From Aciduliprofundum boonei T469 (lineage in GTDB: Archaea; Thermoplasmatota; Thermoplasmata; Thermoplasmatales; Aciduliprofundaceae), in NCBI RefSeq assembly GCF_000025665.1, contig NC_013926.1, forward strand, positions 1,440,001 through 1,472,000: a DNA stretch of 32,000 nt, written 5' to 3'. This document shows positions 9,112 through 16,688 of the stretch, piece after piece (positions within the stretch are counted from its first letter, which is position 1; every line of letters starts with the position of its first letter). Made by a program: the position numbers and the translations under genes. The notes beneath the pieces were generated by a model. The model searched no databases. It was not told the origin of the DNA and saw only the letters and a list, made by a program, of their open reading frames with translations.

Positions 9112-9276
9112 TCAGGAATACTTTCTAAATCCAAGCTCGTAGGCAACCTCTCTAAAGCATTGCCTGCAGAGCCTGAGCCCGTATCTCCTTATGACTCCTC
9201 TCTTTCTACCACATCTTACACATCCTTCACTTCTGCCAAATTTCTTCTTGGGTCTGAGCTTTACACGAACCATCAT
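9112..9276 (-). CDS. rps14: 30S ribosomal protein S14 type Z (uS14, zinc-binding); absent from the supplied ORF track (<60 aa)
   Basis: Hand translation of the minus strand gives (M)[53 protein letters not shown]. It has the CxxC...CxxC motif, fills the only gap between rpl5 and rps8, and its ATG overlaps the rpl5 TGA (ATGATG). GGAGGTGG lies upstream. Confidence 0.9.
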   Translation of the reverse strand: MMVRVKLRPKKKFGRSEGCVRCGRKRGVIRRYGLRLCRQCFREVAYELGFRKYS

Positions 9277-9809
9277 TCCACCTCCAGTATGTTGAGGTTG
9301 AACTTCTCACGCATAAACTGCATGGTCTCTTCTCTCGTAACTTTGTGCCTTGCAGGAATCTTTGCCCTCTTTATTCTCCTGCGGAGTACCCTATGTCCAC
9401 CTCTTCTCTTAAACACCACATTAATGTCCATACCAAATATGCCAATATCCGGATCGTATTTCATTCCCTCAAATTCTGTGTAATCGGATATCCCAAAGCT
9501 TAAATTTCCTTGAGAGTCAAATGAATAATTTGGAACCTTAAAATCCTTAACCCAGAGAGCTCTGCGAAGGAAATCCTCTGCCTCTTTACCTCTTAGTGTC
9601 ACCTTTAACCCTATTGGTAGACCTTTTCTTATGTTGAAATCCCTTATTGTCTTCTTTGATGTTGTCTGCACGGGCTTTCTGTGTGTTAGGAGATCGATAA
9701 CCTTTTCTGCCCTTCTCAACTTCTCTCCTGCCTCTCCAACTCCCATATTGATTACGACTTTATCAATGACGATATCTCTCATAGGATTATTCAATTTCTC
9801 TTCCTTCAT
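9273..9809 (-). CDS. rpl5: 50S ribosomal protein L5 (uL5)
   Basis: Sequence [21 protein letters not shown] plus operon position. Confidence 0.95.
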   Translation of the reverse strand: MKEEKLNNPMRDIVIDKVVINMGVGEAGEKLRRAEKVIDLLTHRKPVQTTSKKTIRDFNIRKGLPIGLKVTLRGKEAEDFLRRALWVKDFKVPNYSFDSQGNLSFGISDYTEFEGMKYDPDIGIFGMDINVVFKRRGGHRVLRRRIKRAKIPARHKVTREETMQFMREKFNLNILEVE

Positions 9810-10516
9810 AAGGCGCTCACCTCAGGTATCGTGATTTCCGGCTTTCCAACGCCTATAACGAATACATAGCGCTTTGGAATCTCAAATCCCTCTTCAAATC
9901 TAACCATATTATCCTGTGGGCTTCTTACAACCACATACTCTTTTATGTGTGCCACCCTTCCTCTATGGGTTCCACCGGTAACTATGGCAACACTTCCCTC
10001 AGCTAGGGGATAATGGCTCAAAATTTCCTGTGTGGGCAGTTTTATCTTGAGAACATCTCCAGTTTTATATTTATTCTCGTCAAGCAATATGTTCCTTCCA
10101 TCGTGAAGGTTGAGCTGAATCTTACCTCCAGGCACCACGCTCTTGTTCTCGATTCTAACCAACTTCCATTCTGCATGATCCTCAGGAATCTCAACTATAC
10201 GCATATTACCATTAACATCATAAACCGCTCTGTAGTGCTTGTTGATATCCCCTATGCTTATAACATCCATAAATCCTATTGGAAACTTAACATCCCTTAC
10301 TACCCTACCATCTACCTTAACCTTTCTGGAATTCAATATCTTCTTGGCCTCTCTCTTGTTGCTGGCAATGCCCAGTATCTCTCTTAATACCACAAGTAAG
10401 GGTATGGACTCGTGAGCTCCATGCGGACCCGGAGATACCTTTGGAGCAAATGGGTATTTTTTCCTTGCTATTGGCCAGGTTCGTGGAGCTGCAAGTCTCT
10501 TAACATGATCACTCAT
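9806..10516 (-). CDS. rps4e: 30S ribosomal protein S4e
   Basis: Sequence HVKRLAAPRTWPIARKKYPFAPKVSPGPHG plus operon position. Confidence 0.95.
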   Translation of the reverse strand: MSDHVKRLAAPRTWPIARKKYPFAPKVSPGPHGAHESIPLLVVLREILGIASNKREAKKILNSRKVKVDGRVVRDVKFPIGFMDVISIGDINKHYRAVYDVNGNMRIVEIPEDHAEWKLVRIENKSVVPGGKIQLNLHDGRNILLDENKYKTGDVLKIKLPTQEILSHYPLAEGSVAIVTGGTHRGRVAHIKEYVVVRSPQDNMVRFEEGFEIPKRYVFVIGVGKPEITIPEVSAL

Positions 10517-10979
10517 TTTCGTTCACCTCTTCTTCCTCTTTCTCTTCTTCCTTTTCTTCCTCCTCTTCTGCCTCAACTTCTTCCGACTCTTCTAACTCTT
10601 CGATGCTTACTCCTCTCTTTTCCTCAGCGAGTTTGTAGATCTTTTCTTTCCTCTTTGGATCGCTCAAATCAAGCTTAATAAGCATCAGGTTGGACGGATG
10701 AATCCAATACTGAACTGCCTTATTATCCACCTTTCTAACAGTAACACCTTCAACTGCAACACGCATATTTTTGAGATTAACTTTTACAACCTTACCTTCA
10801 TGACCCTTGAACTTACCCCTCATAACCTTCACAATATCTCCTTTTCTAACAGTTAAACTCCTAAGCCCGTACTTTCCATAGAGCTCATCACTTAAATGAG
10901 ATTTCATCATCTTCTGCCTCTTGTGCTTAGGAGCGTTGTAAAGCATCTTTCTTTGTTTTCTTGGTAAATATGACACCAT
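10509..10979 (-). CDS. rpl24: 50S ribosomal protein L24 (uL24) with ~35-aa acidic C-terminal tail
   Basis: KOW-type core (GDIVKVMRGKFKGHEGKVVKV). I prefer ATG 10979 (GAGGTG 7 nt upstream, 10 nt after the rpl14 stop) over the track start at 11018, which would overlap rpl14. The tail reads EELEESEEVEAEEEEEKEEEKEEEEVNENE. Confidence 0.92.
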   Translation of the reverse strand: MVSYLPRKQRKMLYNAPKHKRQKMMKSHLSDELYGKYGLRSLTVRKGDIVKVMRGKFKGHEGKVVKVNLKNMRVAVEGVTVRKVDNKAVQYWIHPSNLMLIKLDLSDPKRKEKIYKLAEEKRGVSIEELEESEEVEAEEEEEKEEEKEEEEVNENE

Positions 10980-10989
10980 TTTCAACACC

Positions 10990-11397
10990 TCATACAATAA
11001 TGCTGGAGATTGCCGCAATCCTCGGCCATCTTTCTGCAGCCTCCCTAGCCACAGGACCCTTTATTTCAGAACCTTTCGTTTCACCGTTAGGCGTGACTAT
11101 CACAGCAGCATTATCCTCAAACTGCACCCAGGTTCCATCTGCACGCCTAAAGGGCCTGCGCTGCCTCACTATCACAGCAGGAAATACCTTTTTACGCATA
11201 TCAGGGCTACCTTTTTTAACGCTAACAATGACCATATCACCCACGCCTGCAGAAGGATATTTTCTAGCGACACTATGGTATTTTAAAACCTGTATTATCT
11301 CAACTTCCTTGGCTCCCGTATTATCAGCGCAAACCAATCTTGCACCGGTGGGCAATCCACGGGTTTGTCTACCAGCAATTCCCTTCAACTCACTCAC
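10990..11397 (-). CDS. rpl14: 50S ribosomal protein L14 (uL14)
   Basis: Sequence [15 protein letters not shown]...[11 protein letters not shown] plus operon position. Confidence 0.95.
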   Translation of the reverse strand: MSELKGIAGRQTRGLPTGARLVCADNTGAKEVEIIQVLKYHSVARKYPSAGVGDMVIVSVKKGSPDMRKKVFPAVIVRQRRPFRRADGTWVQFEDNAAVIVTPNGETKGSEIKGPVAREAAERWPRIAAISSIIV

Positions 11398-11723
11398 CTC
11401 TCAATTTTTTCAATAACCACAAAGCTAACGGTCTTGCTCAGGGGCCTGCATTCCATAAAGCGAACCTTATCTCCAACCTTCGCATCTATACAGGGCGGAT
11501 TGTGAACATGATATCTTCTGCGCCTTTTTTCATACCTTTCATATTTTTTCACATATCTCAGATATTCTCTCTCAACTACCACAGTGTTCATCATCTTATC
11601 AGATATCACTACACCTTCCATTATTTGACCACGAACCTTCAGGTTTCCATGCCACGGGCAATTTGGATCGTTGCACTCTTTTTCTGGCGGCTTTGCATCC
11701 ACACCAATATCTCTATATGTCAT
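11394..11723 (-). CDS. rps17: 30S ribosomal protein S17 (uS17)
   Basis: Sequence [28 protein letters not shown] plus operon position. Confidence 0.95.
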   Translation of the reverse strand: MTYRDIGVDAKPPEKECNDPNCPWHGNLKVRGQIMEGVVISDKMMNTVVVEREYLRYVKKYERYEKRRRRYHVHNPPCIDAKVGDKVRFMECRPLSKTVSFVVIEKIER

Positions 11724-12001
11724 TTTATTCTCCTCCTCATAAGCTTTTTAATTCTCTCGTGAGGTCTATAATTTATCCTATCTCCTCTTATCGTAACATA
11801 CTCATCTCCAAGCCAAACTCCAAACTTGGCACCTTTCTTCATTATCATCTTCCTTTCTCCATTCTCTTCAATTATCAACATATGGTATGTTTCATCCACT
11901 ATTCTTCCTCTCTTCCCAATCTGATTTGGATTGGTTGAATCCTTAATTTCTACATCAAGTCCGATTAACTCATGCATCTCTATATTTCTCCTGCTTCTCA
12001 T
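11720..12001 (-). CDS. rnp1: Ribonuclease P protein component 1 (Rpp29/Pop4 homologue)
   Basis: 93-aa Sm-like protein ([34 protein letters not shown]) at the conserved archaeal position between rpl29 and rps17. Confidence 0.85.
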   Translation of the reverse strand: MRSRRNIEMHELIGLDVEIKDSTNPNQIGKRGRIVDETYHMLIIEENGERKMIMKKGAKFGVWLGDEYVTIRGDRINYRPHERIKKLMRRRIK

Positions 12002-12192
12002 TCGTTCATCACCGTCAGTATTCTCGCAATCTGCCTTCTCAAACTCCTTATCTTTCCTGGGCTCGGTGGAGCACCTCCCATAGCACTCAAACCGAGCTCG
12101 TGCATAAGCTCTTCTCTGAGCTCACTGAGTCTCTTTAGCCTCTCTTCCGGACTCATTTCCCTTATCTGCTTCGCTTTGAGTTCCTTCGGCAT
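11998..12192 (-). CDS. rpl29: 50S ribosomal protein L29 (uL29)
   Basis: Sequence MPKELKAKQIREMSPEERLKRLSELREEL. ATG 12192 sits 6 nt after GAGGTGA; ATG 12198 is also possible. The start lies inside the rps3 coding tail. Confidence 0.92.
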   Translation of the reverse strand: MPKELKAKQIREMSPEERLKRLSELREELMHELGLSAMGGAPPSPGKIRSLRRQIARILTVMNE

Positions 12193-12835
12193 TTTCATTC
12201 ACCTCTTCCTTAATATCTTCATTTACTTTCTCTTCCTCAGCCTCCACAGGAGGAAGTATATTTACCTCATCTGGCAATTTGGCATCTGGAGGCATTATTT
12301 TTACTGTGACTCCAATTATACCCGGCTTCGTTTTGGCAGTAGCATAGCCCATACGAACCAATTCCACAGGTTTACCATTATACTTTATAGTTCCATCCAT
12401 AAATTTCTCAGTTCTAGCCCTATCTCCCGTCAACTTTCCAGAAATTATTATCTGAGCACCCTTTGCTCCAGCTTCCATTATGCGCCTTAGAGTAGAATGC
12501 CCTGCCCTTCTGAAATGCCAGCCACGCTCAAGAGCCATAGCCAGCTTTTGAGCCATTATTTGAGCATTTAGGTAGGGATTTGGAGATTCCTTAACCTCTA
12601 TTGTTGGATTTTCAACACCAAAATCCTGCTGCAATTTATCTGTGAGCTCCTTAATCTTAGCACCCTTCCTTCCTATGACCATACCTGGCCTTTCCACTTC
12701 AAGAATGATTCTAGTGCCAAGAGGTGTGCGTTGAATTTCCAAACCTCCAAATCCTGCCATCGCAGTCTCTTTCATAAGGTATTCTTTCATAAGAAGGCGA
12801 TTAACATTTTCCTTCACAAATTTTCTTTCATCCAT
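12122..12835 (-). CDS. rps3: 30S ribosomal protein S3 (uS3) with extended acidic C-terminal tail
   Basis: KH-domain core (RPGMVIGRKGAKIKELT) plus operon position. The frame stays open 71-77 nt past the rpl29 start. Confidence 0.93.
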   Translation of the reverse strand: MDERKFVKENVNRLLMKEYLMKETAMAGFGGLEIQRTPLGTRIILEVERPGMVIGRKGAKIKELTDKLQQDFGVENPTIEVKESPNPYLNAQIMAQKLAMALERGWHFRRAGHSTLRRIMEAGAKGAQIIISGKLTGDRARTEKFMDGTIKYNGKPVELVRMGYATAKTKPGIIGVTVKIMPPDAKLPDEVNILPPVEAEEEKVNEDIKEEVNENAEGTQSEADKGNESGREAKETQ

Positions 12836-12837
12836 AT

Positions 12838-13293
12838 TTATTCCTCCTCAGGAGTTCTCTCTTCTAAGATAACCTCTATGTTCACCATTTCCCTGCGTAT
12901 TTCCACGGATCTACCCTGAGCTCTCGGAACATATCTTTTGTAAATCCTTCCTTTATGCGCTGCAATGTGCATTATGTAAAGATTATCGGTGTCCAAATCA
13001 TTATTCTCAGCATTTGCCTCTGCATTTTCTAGAATTTTTAAAACATGCTTTGCTACTTTAACAGGATATCTTCCAGGCCCAATCCCTCTTCTATGAGAGA
13101 TGGAATCGAGATATCTGAAATAAGGAACTGCACGCTTTTTATTTATCACATCCTCCAGAAAATCCTTGGCCTCATCTAAACGCATTCCCTTTATCGCTCT
13201 GCACAGGTTTACAGAATCCTTCAAGGAAATTGGTAAATCCTTTCCGTAGGATTTTGCGTATTTATCGCCTTCCACCTTAATACTGTAGGGCAT
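12838..13293 (-). CDS. rpl22: 50S ribosomal protein L22 (uL22)
   Basis: Sequence AKSYGKDLPISLKDSVNLCRAIKGMRLDEA plus operon position. Confidence 0.95.
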   Translation of the reverse strand: MPYSIKVEGDKYAKSYGKDLPISLKDSVNLCRAIKGMRLDEAKDFLEDVINKKRAVPYFRYLDSISHRRGIGPGRYPVKVAKHVLKILENAEANAENNDLDTDNLYIMHIAAHKGRIYKRYVPRAQGRSVEIRREMVNIEVILEERTPEEE

Positions 13294-13302
13294 TTAATCA
13301 CC

Positions 13303-13758
13303 TCACTTAAGCGGTACGAACTTGGAGCTTCTAGTTGCTCCCACACCAGGACCACTATGCTTGACTTCCTTCCTTGTTAGAGCAAATTCTCCAAGATAAT
13401 GGCCAATCATCTCCGGCTTGATTTCAACTTCCACGAATTCCTTTCCATTATGCACCGCTACCCTCTTGCCTACAAATTGAGGCAGAATGATAAGATCACG
13501 GCGGTGGGTTTTCACAACTTTATCTGAATTTATTATTTTTCTGACAGCTTTCATACGCTCCTCGTCCCAGCCCCTCTTTAAAGTTCTCCTTGCTCTTGCG
13601 GGAAGGAGCTCTGCAAACTCATCCCAGTTCATCTTCTGCAATTCTTCAAGGCTATAACCGCGATAGGAGAACTCCTTCATTCTTCCCATTACTAGCTTCC
13701 TAGTCTTCCTCTTCCTCCTTCTCGCCGCCTTGGCACTTATCTTCCTCATCTTAGCCAT
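13303..13758 (-). CDS. rps19: 30S ribosomal protein S19 (uS19) with ~23-aa basic N-terminal extension
   Basis: Core [14 protein letters not shown]...[12 protein letters not shown]. The start at 13758 is supported by GAGGTGAAATAAATG spanning the rpl2 stop. The N-terminal [23 protein letters not shown] precedes the usual start region. Confidence 0.93.
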   Translation of the reverse strand: MAKMRKISAKAARRRKRKTRKLVMGRMKEFSYRGYSLEELQKMNWDEFAELLPARARRTLKRGWDEERMKAVRKIINSDKVVKTHRRDLIILPQFVGKRVAVHNGKEFVEVEIKPEMIGHYLGEFALTRKEVKHSGPGVGATRSSKFVPLK

Positions 13759-13763
13759 TTATT

Positions 13764-14468
13764 TCACCTCTTCTTCTTTTTCTTCTTGGGTGATAATCTT
13801 CCAACCTTCCTGCCTGGAGGTGCATTCCTGCTAACTGTGCTAGGCCTACCCACATGCTGATGATTTCCACCACCATGAGGATGATCCACCGCATTCATCG
13901 CTACACCGCGAACCTGTACATGTTTCCTAGCCTTTGAACGCCAAGCATGATAAACCTTACCAGCTTTAAGCATAGGTTTATCTTTTCTTCCCCCTCCTGC
14001 AACCACACCGATAGTTGCTCTGCACCTTGGATCAAACAGCTTGAACTCGCCTGAGGGCATCTGCACCGTTGTCTTTATGCCATGGGTAACAATCTGCGCA
14101 TAATTGCCCCCGGTGCGTATGTACCTGCCACCATCCCCTGGCTGTGCTTCTATGTTATATATGGGAACTCCTTCCGGTATACTTCCCAAGGGCAAAACAT
14201 TACCCGGCCTGATATCCGCATCCGCCCCAATCTCTATTTCCTGACCTTCGTACATACCTGCATGGGCAAGCATGAGAACTTTATCACCATTATCAAGCAC
14301 AACCCTTGCCAACGGCGCGGTATGGCCCGGGTCGTGAAATATCTCTTTAACTACACCTTTACCCTTCTCAACCTTTGGATTGATGGGCCTGCCAGCATAT
14401 CTGTGACTAGGAGCCCTATAAACAGAGGTTCCACGACCTCTCCTCTGAGGGATTATTCTCTTACCCAT
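13764..14468 (-). CDS. rpl2: 50S ribosomal protein L2 (uL2)
   Basis: Sequence GVAMNAVDHPHGGGNHQHVGRPSTVSR plus operon position. Lys-run C-terminus. Confidence 0.96.
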   Translation of the reverse strand: MGKRIIPQRRGRGTSVYRAPSHRYAGRPINPKVEKGKGVVKEIFHDPGHTAPLARVVLDNGDKVLMLAHAGMYEGQEIEIGADADIRPGNVLPLGSIPEGVPIYNIEAQPGDGGRYIRTGGNYAQIVTHGIKTTVQMPSGEFKLFDPRCRATIGVVAGGGRKDKPMLKAGKVYHAWRSKARKHVQVRGVAMNAVDHPHGGGNHQHVGRPSTVSRNAPPGRKVGRLSPKKKKKKR

Positions 14469-14478
14469 TTACACCACC

Positions 14479-14742
14479 TTAGAATATACCTAACCTCATG
14501 CCGACCTCCTCGGCACTATATCCTTTCTTCAATTTCACAATTGCCTTCTTTCCATACTTGGTTATGTAAGTATTCACTTGCTCAACTTCCACATTGAATA
14601 AGCGCTCTATTGCATTCTTAACCTGAGTTTTAGTTGCATCTCTCCTTATTATGAACGTGAGTTTATTCTCTTTCTCTATAAGCAAGAGAGTTTTCTCTGT
14701 AACATAGGGCTTTATTATGACTCTCGTTGGGTGAAATGTCAT
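14479..14742 (-). CDS. rpl23: 50S ribosomal protein L23 (uL23)
   Basis: Sequence VIIKPYVTEKTLLLIEKENKLTFIIRRDATK plus operon position. ATGA overlap with rpl4. Confidence 0.95.
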   Translation of the reverse strand: MTFHPTRVIIKPYVTEKTLLLIEKENKLTFIIRRDATKTQVKNAIERLFNVEVEQVNTYITKYGKKAIVKLKKGYSAEEVGMRLGIF

Positions 14743-15503
14743 TTAGCCCACCTCCTGATCTCCTTTATAGCACTTTCCGTGAAAATTGCCAAGCGACCTG
14801 CATGAGTTCCGGGAGCGAGAACTTCTGCATTTAACTCACGAGGAGTAACAATATCCACTCCAGGCAGATTCCTGAAACCCTTCAGAACATTATCCTTGTT
14901 GGATACAACTATCAAAACGCTCTTCTTTTTCTTGTACCTTCTACCTCTTCTCTTGCCCTTTCCTCCACGGATGCGTTTCTCGCTTGCTCTTATAATATCC
15001 TCATAAATACCCAAATTCTGCAATACCCTAATGGCTTCTTTCACAGTGGAGATGTTCTCAAACTCATCCTCAACCACAACGGGCAAGGTTATATCGGGAG
15101 AGAATTTGTGGCCCCTTTTGGCAACCATAACCTTATTTGAGGTCATTGATAATGCAGAATATTTTGCTAAGCGGCGCATCTTTATGTTCATCTTTCTCTT
15201 CCAAACTTTTTGGGTTGTCGGTGGATGTCCAGCTCTGCCACCAACGGTACTTGGAATTATGGCACCCCTTGAAGTATGCCCAACACGGGGCACCATCTTC
15301 GATATGCCATGCCCTGGACCCCAAGATTCAGCAACACGGCGCATACCTGCTGTTGGACTCACACCATGAGGTTGGACCCTATTAAGCTGAAATATCCTAA
15401 CTGCCTCTTTTATTAAATCTGGCCTATATGGATAATTGAAAACTTTTGGAAGGGTTATTTGTCTCTTTACCTCACCATCAACTGTGTAAACATTAACACG
15501 CAT
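14739..15503 (-). CDS. rpl4: 50S ribosomal protein L4 (uL4)
   Basis: Archaeal uL4 pattern (RVAESWGPGHGISKMVPRV...GGRAGHPP) plus operon position. Confidence 0.95.
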   Translation of the reverse strand: MRVNVYTVDGEVKRQITLPKVFNYPYRPDLIKEAVRIFQLNRVQPHGVSPTAGMRRVAESWGPGHGISKMVPRVGHTSRGAIIPSTVGGRAGHPPTTQKVWKRKMNIKMRRLAKYSALSMTSNKVMVAKRGHKFSPDITLPVVVEDEFENISTVKEAIRVLQNLGIYEDIIRASEKRIRGGKGKRRGRRYKKKKSVLIVVSNKDNVLKGFRNLPGVDIVTPRELNAEVLAPGTHAGRLAIFTESAIKEIRRWAK

Positions 15504-15506
15504 TCA

Positions 15507-16529
15507 TCACACCCCCTGCTTGGATTCGAGGGAAACATAGGTGATTTCAATGCCTTCCACATCCTCCAGTGTTTGTCTAACTGGATCACGGAATCTTATT
15601 AACCTCTTAGCCGGACCTGGAACAGAGCCATGGATGAGAACATACGCATTCTTAACTTCTCCATAATGCGGAAAACCACCCTTTGGAGTTATATCGATTG
15701 CAAGTCTCTTCTCACCATTCTCCTCTATGAAATCCACATATTTCACTATCCTTTTATTGTACTCCGTTCTCTGATGATATCCCATCTGACCCGCTTGTGG
15801 CACAGTGTAGCGAACCCAGTCAGGATGCCAAGGTCCGAGAGTGCCTATCATACGGCGGTGCTTTCTATTCTTTTGATTTAGAAGCTTAACTCCGAATCTC
15901 TTAACATGGCCCTGAAAACCCTTACCCTTAGTTATGGCAATAACATCCACAAATTTACCATCACTCTTGAAATCTGAAAATTTAATCTCCTTGCCCAAGA
16001 GATTCAGGGCATACTCTTTACGGGCATCAATTGTGCCTCCACCAACGCGAATCTCCATAATATCTGGAGCCTTTTTAGGCACGCCACTAACCAATCTTGG
16101 TTGAGTATGAACTATTAGGCGAATATCTTCAATATCACCCTTAATTCTTTCTAGCGCCTTATCCTTGCTGTATTCTTTGGGTAAAGGAAATCTCCTCGCA
16201 AGCTCTTTATCAAGGTTTTCATCCCATACCTCGCCTATGCTTTTCAGCCCATACATAGTTCTTTCATAAAACCTAACACCTGCTACCTTCATAGGTGGAA
16301 CTTCAATAACGGTAACAGGAGTCCATATCTCTTGACCTGCAGTAGTGGTATGCTTCCTCCAGTCAATTGTAAACACATGGGTCATTCCAGCTTTATAGCC
16401 GGCAAAACCCTGAATCCTGGGACCATCTTCTATCTCTGGCCAAGTCCTTATTCTAGGAATAGGACTCGCTGCTCTCTTTCTCGGATAATACGCCATAGAG
16501 CCTCGTCTAGGATGATGTGCACTTCCCAT
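15507..16529 (-). CDS. rpl3: 50S ribosomal protein L3 (uL3), first gene of the array
   Basis: Sequence HPRRGSMAYYPRKRA...FAGYKAGMTHV. I prefer ATG 16529 (GAGGTGAAAAAT upstream). The track's GTG at 16538 lies inside that SD. Confidence 0.95.
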   Translation of the reverse strand: MGSAHHPRRGSMAYYPRKRAASPIPRIRTWPEIEDGPRIQGFAGYKAGMTHVFTIDWRKHTTTAGQEIWTPVTVIEVPPMKVAGVRFYERTMYGLKSIGEVWDENLDKELARRFPLPKEYSKDKALERIKGDIEDIRLIVHTQPRLVSGVPKKAPDIMEIRVGGGTIDARKEYALNLLGKEIKFSDFKSDGKFVDVIAITKGKGFQGHVKRFGVKLLNQKNRKHRRMIGTLGPWHPDWVRYTVPQAGQMGYHQRTEYNKRIVKYVDFIEENGEKRLAIDITPKGGFPHYGEVKNAYVLIHGSVPGPAKRLIRFRDPVRQTLEDVEGIEITYVSLESKQGV

Positions 16530-16547
16530 ATTTTTCACCTCGCAGGA

Positions 16548-16621
16548 GCCGTGACGCCGTCACTACGCCCAAAACACATTTTTGGGCGTGCTCACGGGCC
16601 ATATTGCCCATGGCGTCTGGC
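16548..16621 (-). promoter_or_regulatory. Structured GC-rich 5' leader of rpl3 (predicted three-way junction); candidate cis-regulatory RNA
   Basis: Hand fold of the minus-strand RNA gives three helices. P1 is GCC-A-GACGCC (16621-16612) with GGCGUC-AC-GGC (16558-16548). P2 is AUGGGC/GCCCGU with a 6-nt loop (16611-16594). P3 is a 10-bp ACGCCCAAAA/UUUUGGGCGU with loop AUGUG (16589-16565). An alternative hairpin GUGAC-GGC-GUCAC competes with P1. G+C is ~61% (54/88 by hand count, 16539-16626) in an AT-rich window. It ends 8 nt before the SD. Confidence 0.45.
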
Positions 16622-16656
16622 TAGCCTTTTTCTTTTGCTCCCATAAAGATATTTTG

Positions 16657-16664
16657 TATATAAA
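16657..16664 (-). promoter_or_regulatory. TATA box (TTTATATA) for the ribosomal super-operon
   Basis: Minus strand reads TTCTTTATATACAAAATATC. It matches the archaeal TATA consensus TTTAWATA. The predicted TSS, ~20-25 nt downstream (~16640), would give a ~110-nt leader. Confidence 0.5.
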
Positions 16665-16670
16665 GAATTC

Positions 16671-16688
16671 GGAGAAAAAAGAAGAAAA
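16671..16688 (-). terminator. Oligo-T tract immediately after the hutU stop (probable archaeal terminator)
   Basis: Minus strand reads TAA-TTTTCTTCTTTTTTCTCC, including a T6 run (A6 on plus strand, 16675-16680), directly upstream of the rpl3 TATA box. Confidence 0.45.

Noticed and set aside
10512-10620. GAA/GAG-rich low-complexity tract considered as a tandem repeat or array
   Set aside because: It is in frame within rpl24 and encodes its acidic tail. It has no regular repeat-spacer periodicity, so it is not a CRISPR or satellite.
9085-12490. Series of 90-170-aa plus-strand ORFs (9085-9483, 10013-10387, 10961-11416, 11340-11762, 11972-12490, and similar ones at 14082-14597, 15031-15385 and 3536-4104)
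   Set aside because: All lie antisense to highly conserved ribosomal-protein or SecY genes. Their translations are low-complexity Ser/Leu/Phe/Pro-rich with no recognisable motifs and no SD or TATA context. They are typical shadow ORFs of purine-rich coding strands.
16548-16621. The 74-nt structured element upstream of rpl3 considered as a tRNA or tRNA-like gene because of its size and three helices
   Set aside because: It has no T-loop (GTTCRANYC), no D-loop GG and no acceptor-type terminal helix with a discriminator. It lies between a TATA box and an SD, so an mRNA leader is the better explanation.
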